A program made the position numbers and the translations under genes. Below are positions 24,555-32,000 of a stretch of 32,000 bases of DNA, one piece after another. Under the pieces are notes generated by a model. That model was not told the origin of the DNA and made no database searches. It saw only the letters and a list, made by a program, of their open reading frames with translations. The stretch is from Wallemia ichthyophaga EXF-994 (lineage: Eukaryota; Fungi; Basidiomycota), in contig NW_008806292.1 in NCBI RefSeq assembly GCF_000400465.1, forward strand, positions 30,001 to 62,000. The letters are read 5' to 3'. Within the stretch, counting starts at the first letter, position 1; every line of letters starts with the position of its first letter.

Positions 24555-25785
24555 CTACAACAGCTGCCACTTTATTGTCTTCCCTGCCATGAATGGTACA
24601 ACTACGCTGTCACCTTCCCCATTGCTTTTCGTGTACTCGACAGGAACCGTTGTGTCTTGCTTCACCAGCGTCACCGCTTTATCCGTCTTGGGGGCTATAT
24701 TGTAAAATGCCCTGCCGTTCTTACTCACAAAACCTTCAAGCTTATCGAGCGCGCCGAATGACTCCAAAAGGTGGGCGCACAGCGGAATGAGTATGGCTGA
24801 CGTGAACAAACCAGCTGCGCAAGCACACGCAGGTACAGCTTCCAAGTGCTCATCCAGCCTTGGCGCCTTGTTAATTTTGTTCGCGCGTGGATGTGGCGCT
24901 GAGTCTGATCCCAAGAAGAAGCGTGGATGACCTATAGTAAAATTAGATGAAAATCTTCATCCATCAACACCAAACACACCCTCTCTTATAACGTCCCGCA
25001 ACGCTGCCCGGTCTTCCCAATACTTTGCTACGGGCTTGCAGTAGTTAAAGCCCTGGCCTGCCCAGTCATCGACGATGAGCTCGAGATGGTGCGGTGTTAT
25101 CGAACAGCCAACGTTTGAGGGGAGGGATTTTACCTTTTCGACGGCAGCCTTTGTAGTGGCGTGCTCAACGACTATGCGGAGATTAGGGAAGGAGTGAGCG
25201 AGTTTGTCCAGCTGTGGAAGGAAACGTTGCTCGGCATTGAGGATGGTCACGCCTGTGGCTTCATCTGAGGGAACTTCGCCGTGTAGGTTCAAAACCATGC
25301 CTGTATCTTGCATAGCTTGGAATACAGGGTAATACACATCGTATGATTCGATCCCGCCGTCTGAATTTGTAGTCACACCGCGTGGGTAGCTCTTGACGCC
25401 TGGATGTATTTTTAGTGCGAAAAAGAGGTTAAGCAGGTAAAGCCCACCTGTAACACCATTTTCAGCTGCTTTGTGTATCTCTTCTGGTGTAAGTGCGGGT
25501 GATAAGTAGAGAGTCATGACGAATTGCACTTCCGGTGCTAGTGATTCGAGCTGTGAGCGGTAATTAACAGCCATATCGGTGCTGGTAATTGGTGGCTGTG
25601 TGTTTGGCTGTGATAGCTTAGAATTCGCGTTCTTTCCCGATAGACATTCAACACACCATCACCAAGCACGTTTCAACGCCGCCAGCGGGTACAAGCGGAG
25701 TGACGAGGCTAGCCATGTCGCCCTGTCTAAGATGGCAATGGAAGTCTGCGGGAGATTCCACTCGGATGTGATCGCTGCTATTCAT
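24555..25785 (-). CDS. URA4: Dihydroorotase (class II)
   Basis: Exons 25657-25785, 25448-25607, 24980-25399, 24555-24931. DFHCHLRQG, VMPN, KSYPRGVTTNS, LNLHGE, VVEHATT, CKPVAK, FFLGSDSAPH. Confidence 0.95.
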
Positions 25786-25832
25786 ATCACTGATGGGAGA
25801 ACTTCTTCACTAACCAAACCACCAACACCAAC

Positions 25833-26852
25833 ATGGATTTGCTATCCGAGTCACTCAAGGGCAGATTACTATTTGCTATTCCAAAAAAGGGTATTTCTAT
25901 CGTTTAATTGCTTTCTTTCTTTCTAAGGCTGCAGCTGCTGCTGCTTATAGGACGCCTAAACCAGAAATGCATGGAGCTGTTATCTGGCGCTGATATTCAA
26001 TTCACTCGCTCGAATAGACTCGATATTGCTTTATCACGCAATCACAATTTGGCTCTGTGCGTCGTTGACTTGTACCCGTAACTTGCACTCTCACACCCAC
26101 GAAGCGTCTTCTTACCTGCATCTGACATTCCCCGCTTTGTCGGTGAGGGCAATGTCGCTCTCGGTATCACCGGCCAAGACATGATCGCTGAAGCCAACGT
26201 AGAGAACCTCGTCACTGAAGTTCTTCCTCTCGGCTTCGGTAAGTGTAATTTGCAGATCCAAACTCCTGAGAGAGGTCCTCTCCAATCACTTGCTGATCTT
26301 GCTGGCAAAACTATTGGTACCTCGTTTGACCTCCTCGCTGGGAAATTTTTCGCTTCTCAAGATGCACAGAGAGGGGATGGAAAGGAGACCAAGGTGGAGT
26401 ACCTCGATGGTAGCGTAGAAGCAGCGTGCACGCTCGGTGTCGCTGATGCCATTGTCGATCTGGTGGAGAGTGGTGAAACAATGCGCGCTGCTGGATTGCA
26501 CGCTATCCACACTCTCATGTCTTCCGAGGCTGTACTCATCCAGTCTAACAAGAAGGTACAGAACAATGCGCATGAGTTGCTCATCAAGAAAATTCTCTCG
26601 CGTATCAAAGGTGTTATGGCTGCCGGTAGATATGTACTATGCAACTACAACATTGAGCGTAAGCATCTCGAATCTGCTATCACTTATACTCCAGGTAGAA
26701 GAGCACCCACTGTGAGCCCACTCGAGGACGACGGCTGGGTTGCTGTGTCTTCGATGGTCGAGAGGAAGCACCTGGCCGAATCGATGGATGGCTTAGAAAA
26801 CAGCGGTGCACACGACATTCTCGTCATTGCCCTCGACAATTGTAGAGTTTGA
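25833..26852 (+). CDS. HIS1: ATP phosphoribosyltransferase (long form)
   Basis: Exons 25833-25890, 25951-26056, 26105-26852. RLLFAIPKKGRL, LPASDIPRFVGEG..LGITGQD, GSVEAACTLGVADAIVDLVESGETM, PGRRAPTVSPL. Confidence 0.96.
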
Positions 26853-26915
26853 TGTATAAAATAAAATTTCCTATTGGTCGACGATTTAGAGACATTTTCT
26901 CCATTGTTTTGCACG

Positions 26916-28765
26916 ATGATGATCAAGCGTGGAATAAGCACGAGCAGTAGGCTCAACAGGCTCAACAAGTACTCTTATATGGTAACTGAGCCTAAATCCC
27001 AGGGTGCTTCACAGGTGCGTCTTGGTTTGTGCACTGCGCTGCCTCATGACTCACTCGCCCCACCAGGCAATGCTCTACGCTACAGAGGGAATTGAAACTG
27101 ACAAGGACCTCCAAAAGCCCATGGTTGGCGTTGGCTCGATTTGGTACGAGGGAAATCCCTGCAATGCGCATCTTCTCGGATTGGGCCAGAGGATTAAGAA
27201 GAGTATTTCAAATGCAGGCATCACAGGTTACCACTTCGGAGCTCCCGGTGTCAGTGACGGTATCTCGAATGGCACTTTTGGGATGGCCTACTCACTCCAA
27301 TCACGCGATTTGATCGCAGACGCTGTCGAATCCACTGCAGGCGGTCACTGGCTAGACGGTATGGTAGTCGTGCCAGGCTGCGATAAGAACATGCCCGGTG
27401 TACTCATGGCGCTCGGTAGACTCAACAGACCCGGTTTGATGGTTTACGGGGGTACTATCAAGCCTGGCCAGTGTGGTGGAGAGAAGCTCGACATTATCAG
27501 TGCGTTCCAGGCCTACGGAAAGTACTTGAATGAGGATTCCACGAAACAGGCTGAGGAGAAGCGCTACCAGACTATCAGAAACGCTTGTCCAGGTCCAGGT
27601 GCTTGCGGTGGTATGTACACCGCTAACACTATGGCATCTGCAGCTGAAGCTCTCGGTATGACTCTCCCTGGTAGCTCCTCATTCCCTGCGGAATATGATG
27701 AGAAGAAGGCAGAGGCGGATAGTGTGGGCGATGCAATGATGAACTTGCTGGTGAATGATATAAAACCTCGCGATATTATGACTAAGGAGGCTTTCGATAA
27801 TGCTATCACTCTCACTATGATACTCGGTGGCTCGACTAATGCAGTACTGCACTTGATTGCTGTAGCACACTCATGCGGTGTTTCAGTCACTATCGATGAC
27901 TTTCAGCGGATTGCTGAGCAAACGCCATTCATCGCTGACCTCAAGCCATCTGGACAGTATGTCATGGAAGATCTCCAGACGCTCGGTGGGATACCAAACG
28001 TGCTAGGATACCTAATTAAGAAGAATTACATTAATGGTGATCTTCTCACCGTCACGGGTAAAACTATGGGCGAGAACATTGAGAGATGGCAACACAAGTA
28101 CGGCGCTTTGCCTGAACATCAGGATATTATCAGACCAATTGAAAAGCCAATCAAGGAGACAGGTCACATAAGAATACTCAAGGGTAACCTCGCACCAGGT
28201 GGAGCAGTTTCCAAGATTACAGGTAAGGAGGGACTCCACTTCACAGGCAAAGCGAGATGTTTCGACAACGAGGAAGATTTCGTTACTGCAGTTGAGCAGG
28301 GTACATTCACGAAAGGGGAGAAGGTTGTAGTTATACTGCGCTACCTCGGACCAAAGGGAGGACCAGGTATGCCAGAGATGCTCAAACCAACGTCGTTAGT
28401 GATGGGATATGGACTTGGAAATGACGTAGCCTGTTTGACAGATGGAAGATTCTCAGGGGGATCACATGGGTTCGTCACAGGTCATATAGTACCAGAGGCA
28501 TATGAAGGCGGACCAATAGCGCTGGTTGAGGATGGAGATGTAGTCTCTATCGATGCGGTTAAGAATACACTGCACGTTGATGTCACGGATGAGGCATTGA
28601 AGGAGAGGAAGAGCAAGTGGACGCCTAGATCGCCTAGAGTAACGCAAGGAGTGAGTTTAGAGATATTTTGAGAAATTTGCTGATATAATTAACAAACAAC
28701 AGACACTGTACAAGTACATAAAGAACGTCGGGGATGCGAGTCATGGGTGTATTACGGATGCATGA
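26916..28765 (+). CDS. ILV3: Dihydroxy-acid dehydratase
   Basis: Exons 26916-27014, 27067-28650, 28703-28765. [66 protein letters not shown]. Confidence 0.96.
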
Positions 28766-28766
28766 G

Positions 28767-29375
28767 CTACTCAGTGTCATCATCTTGATTGATATTTTGT
28801 TGTTTAGTTTTCTTTGCGTTGTTTGAAGTGTTTATTTCTACTGACTTGTCTGAATCTGCGTGCAGTTCTTTGTAATGCGTGAGGTGGTGGTTGAGCTGTG
28901 ATTGAATGTCTTCGATGGCTTCAGTGCCTTGCTTTGAGCTGCTGAGGTGGAATGGCTCAGCGACAGACAAATTAACGGTAACAGAATGGCAGTCCATGGC
29001 AGACAGTGTACAAGAGGTTATTAGGGGTATAAAAGGGGGGATATGATTAAGATGAAATAATCTTCTTATCAACAGCAGTATCCCAACAGCTTTCGATTTC
29101 CAAAACTGGAATATCCACTGGATGTGTGTTATGTGTTAATCACCACATATAAACATCCACTTACAATTCAAGCATTCCACTAGACTGCTCTTTATACGAT
29201 CCTTTGTAGCTGGTTGTAAAGTTCCTGCTTTATTCGAAAGGCTAGCGATGGTTATTAGATCGTTGAGGCTTTCAATCAACTCTCCAACGCCATGGAGCCC
29301 TTGAGTCTTGTAGATATGCGTGTATCTCACAGGCAAGTCTTCTAACTCGCTTAGAATAATTATGTTTATGTCCAT
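28767..29375 (-). CDS. Hypothetical spliced protein (~159 aa); exon structure uncertain
   Basis: Exon 29165-29375, then a clear GTAAGT..CAG intron at 29118-29164. The 3' exon is ORF 28767..; joining them needs a second intron, best modelled as 29006-29087 with a non-canonical AC end. No family recognised. Confidence 0.5.
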
Positions 29376-29620
29376 GGTGATTGCTTGGTTAGCAGATGCA
29401 CGACGTATGATTTATGCCATGGCCGTGGATCACGTTGATCACGTGTGAATGGTGGTGCGTGTGGATAGTGCATATGACTGTAATTCTTTAAATCAAATGT
29501 TTTGCTTGAAATTTAATAGTCTAAACCTATACTACTAGTAATTCAATCAATTTGCTATTGACTTTGAAGGGAATCTGTTAAATTAACAGTAAATGTGTAA
29601 TTCAAACGCGTTTATATGTT

Positions 29621-29662
29621 TTATACACGTAAATGCACGTAAATGCACGTAAATACACGTAA
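29621..29662. repeat. Tandem 10-bp repeat, four copies of [A/G]CACGTAA(AT)
   Basis: ttatacacgt aaatgcacgt aaatgcacgt aaatacacgt aa; CACGTAA at 29626, 29636, 29646 and 29656. Confidence 0.9.
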
Positions 29663-29708
29663 CTAGACATACGATTACTCTTTCATCCACACTTCCACCT
29701 CCACCTCG

Positions 29709-30782
29709 ATGGACTATTCCAACGACTTGGCTGCGATTGCAAAGAATCTGCTAAATCCAGAGGGTAATCAGTTTTCAAGTGTAGCACACGCACCACATAA
29801 CTCAACTACCACTTCAAAACGCACAACCACGCAGACAAACACCCACGATGATGATCAGGTGTTTTCAGTTTTACAAGGGATGATCACTACTGCTCAGGAT
29901 GCTCCAAAGAGGCGTCAGCCATCGCATGACCCATACACCCAACAAACTCGCTCTGGAAGACGCGTCCGTTCTTCCCCAAGTCACAAGCGCGTAAAGACTG
30001 ACGACGAAGATGTTTTACCGATAACGCAGGAATATGAGTACAAAAACGATTACAATAATGAATTTAATGAGTACAGCGAATACCCCAATGAATACCCAGA
30101 CTACAATCACCTTATCAATACAAACCTGTTGTCTTCAAAACTACCCTCAGAAGATGAAGATGACGAGGATTATGATGTTAACGGTTTTCTACAGCAATAC
30201 CAGTCGTTGGAGACTGTAGATGGCGGCGTGGGAAGAGCACCCTCAGAGGCAACGACAGAGAGAGAAAGAGAGAGCATTAGCAACGGCAACAGCTTCAATA
30301 ATGACGACCGACCCAAAAAGAAGGGTAGAAAAGCTCATCTCGGCACTGAGGAGGAGAAACGCGAGAGGCGTCTTGAACAACAGAGAATAGCCGCAGCACG
30401 CAGTCGTAAAAACAAGAAAGAAGAGTTGAATAAAGTCGAGAAGGATAATGAGGAACTGAGATATCGTGGTAAGATTGCAAATGATCGCATAACCACACTT
30501 GAGAAGGAACTGCGGGATGCCAAATTGCACATATACAGGCTGGAGAATGAGAAACTGGCAGTGAAAGGGGTTAATGGACAGCGGCATCCAGCAGTTAAAC
30601 AGCTGATTGAATCTGTACAAGCACTCGTTCAGGCTACCGATGGTGATGGTTATGATGTGCTTGATAAGGTTGATCAGGAGGAGGCTGCGCTTACAGAGGA
30701 TGAGAATGAGCAGGAACAGGAGCAAGAGCAAGAGAATGATCACGAACACGAACACGACAATTCAAGCAATGAAAGTCTTTAG
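29709..30782 (+). CDS. bZIP transcription factor
   Basis: Basic region EEKRERRLEQQRIAAARSRKNKKEEL followed by a heptad zipper (V..L..A..L..A..L); acidic, low-complexity flanks. Confidence 0.85.
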   Translation: MDYSNDLAAIAKNLLNPEGNQFSSVAHAPHNSTTTSKRTTTQTNTHDDDQVFSVLQGMITTAQDAPKRRQPSHDPYTQQTRSGRRVRSSPSHKRVKTDDEDVLPITQEYEYKNDYNNEFNEYSEYPNEYPDYNHLINTNLLSSKLPSEDEDDEDYDVNGFLQQYQSLETVDGGVGRAPSEATTERERESISNGNSFNNDDRPKKKGRKAHLGTEEEKRERRLEQQRIAAARSRKNKKEELNKVEKDNEELRYRGKIANDRITTLEKELRDAKLHIYRLENEKLAVKGVNGQRHPAVKQLIESVQALVQATDGDGYDVLDKVDQEEAALTEDENEQEQEQEQENDHEHEHDNSSNESL

Positions 30783-30828
30783 TTTGTACATAACAATATA
30801 TCTGAACTCTCTTTCTCTCACGACGATC

Positions 30829-31809
30829 ATGTCTTCTCCCAACGAGCGTATCAAAGCACTACTACGCCTTCCAGAGAACAAGAATTGCGTTGATTGTAAT
30901 GCACCTTCTCCACAATGGGCCAGTCTCAACAATTGTGTTTTCTGCTGCCTAGAATGTTCCGGGAAACACCGAGGATTGGGTGTACACATATCATTTATTA
31001 GATCAACCAATATGGACGCCTGGAAGGAAGAGCAAGCTGGAAGAATGGAGCTTTTCGGGAATGAGAAATTCCGTCAACTTATCGCAAACTCACCTACACT
31101 ATCCGCCGATACCCCAATCGAAGACAAGTACACGGACGCGCAAGTTGATGCATACAGAGAGGAAATTAACACGCTGGCTAAAGAGAAGGGACTGTGGATG
31201 CCCGCTCAGTCTCCAGCCTACACGCGCACTAACAGCGGCAGCGACAGTGGCTCGCAGACGAGAACGAGAAGGCGTATGAATGACGTGAGTGGAGGAGCAA
31301 CATCATCTACTCAGGAACCCCAGACACACCATGCACACCACGCAAACGAAGAATACTTTGAAAAATTGGGCAGAAAGAACGATTCAAGATCAACAGACTT
31401 ACCACCATCACAAGGTGGTAAGTATACTGGATTTGGTAGCACACCACAGCCACAGACACAGACACAATCCAATACAAGTTCAGATAACGTACCTTCCATC
31501 GATGAGCTTAGAGATAATCCAATGCAGGCTGTGAGTAAGGGATGGGGATTCTTCAGTTCAGCTTTGGGTGGTGCAGCGAGCGCAGTAAAGGGCACAGTCG
31601 ATGACAAATTGGCTGATCCAAATCTAGAGCGTGATTTACAGGGCTACAAGAACAACATTTCCAGTTATTGGTCACAGGGTTTGTCAAGAGCTAGCCAGTA
31701 CAGCAACGTAGCGAATGAGTGGACGCGTAAGGAGCTTGGAATTGATATGCAGAAGGGTACTAGCGGTGGTAATTCTACTAATACCAATGCTAACAACTCT
31801 AACACATAA
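30829..31809 (+). CDS. GCS1: ADP-ribosylation factor GTPase-activating protein (Gcs1/ArfGAP1 type)
   Basis: Start at ATG 30829. CVDC-x16-CLEC zinc finger, 'SGKHRGLGVHISFIRS..MDAW', 'EEYFEKLG..N..R...LPPSQGGKYTGFGS', ALPS-like 'KGWGFFSS'. Confidence 0.92.
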   Translation: MSSPNERIKALLRLPENKNCVDCNAPSPQWASLNNCVFCCLECSGKHRGLGVHISFIRSTNMDAWKEEQAGRMELFGNEKFRQLIANSPTLSADTPIEDKYTDAQVDAYREEINTLAKEKGLWMPAQSPAYTRTNSGSDSGSQTRTRRRMNDVSGGATSSTQEPQTHHAHHANEEYFEKLGRKNDSRSTDLPPSQGGKYTGFGSTPQPQTQTQSNTSSDNVPSIDELRDNPMQAVSKGWGFFSSALGGAASAVKGTVDDKLADPNLERDLQGYKNNISSYWSQGLSRASQYSNVANEWTRKELGIDMQKGTSGGNSTNTNANNSNT

Positions 31810-32000
31810 AAGACGGTTCAACTAAAACACTCATCATGGTCAACGATATCCTACACGCGACAGAGAACCTTGGGAATTACATTGAAAATAAAGAAAGTAT
31901 ATCAAAATTTAATAAAATGTACATCGATATCTATACTTCGTATAAGGCGGTTGGTATTAGGGATCGTAACCTAGAGCTTGAGCTGGATAGAACGAGGAGA

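Noticed and set aside
25400-25447. 16-residue hydrophobic 'insertion' (GLYLLNLFFALKIHPG) in the URA4 ORF translation
   Set aside because: It is an in-frame 48-nt GT-AG intron, not a protein insertion.
27046-27054. ATGACTCAC, a Gcn4/AP-1-like site in ILV3 intron 1
   Set aside because: It sits 13 nt before the acceptor and is adequately explained as a CTCAC-type branch point.
29036-29050. ATATCCCC near the AC-ending intron, resembling a U12 AT-AC donor
   Set aside because: An in-frame stop precedes it, it deviates from ATATCCTT, and Dikarya are considered to lack the minor spliceosome.
31957-32000. Possible 3' end of a minus-strand gene (..SSFYPAQALGYDP*)
   Set aside because: Too short, and several frames are possible. 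It cannot be assigned without flanking sequence.

Overview
Gene-dense eukaryotic (fungal) DNA with about 29 protein-coding loci in 32 kb, 40-64 nt introns and intergenic gaps often under 100 bp. The compaction and protein sequences suggest a compact-genome basidiomycete such as Wallemia (inference, not verified). Gene order: 5' end of a histidine-phosphatase gene, Rcf2, poly(A) polymerase, FEX fluoride exporter, divergent H4/H3 pair, Zn2Cys6 TF head-to-head with an ABCG transporter, GGTase-I beta, Tgl2-like lipase, F-box-like orphan, a five-exon mitoribosomal bL35m gene absent from the ORF track, glutathione synthetase, EF-1alpha, an orphan, Spt4, UreG, Usb1, PBDC1/Chp1, Prp9, Yth1, Ura4, His1, Ilv3, a hypothetical gene, a bZIP TF and an ArfGAP. 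I built the exon models by hand from splice signals and each keeps the reading frame. No tRNA, rRNA, CRISPR array or transposon was seen, and I did not find a convincing new multi-gene system. The best leads: histone H3 has a 5-nt frameshifting deletion plus E105A; Usb1 has its first catalytic His replaced by Tyr; the bZIP has Asn->Gln in its basic region and sits downstream of a phased 4x CACGTAA array; many introns have complementary GT-rich 5' and AC-rich 3' ends; one intron appears to end in AC; and several bidirectional promoters are only 31-119 bp long.
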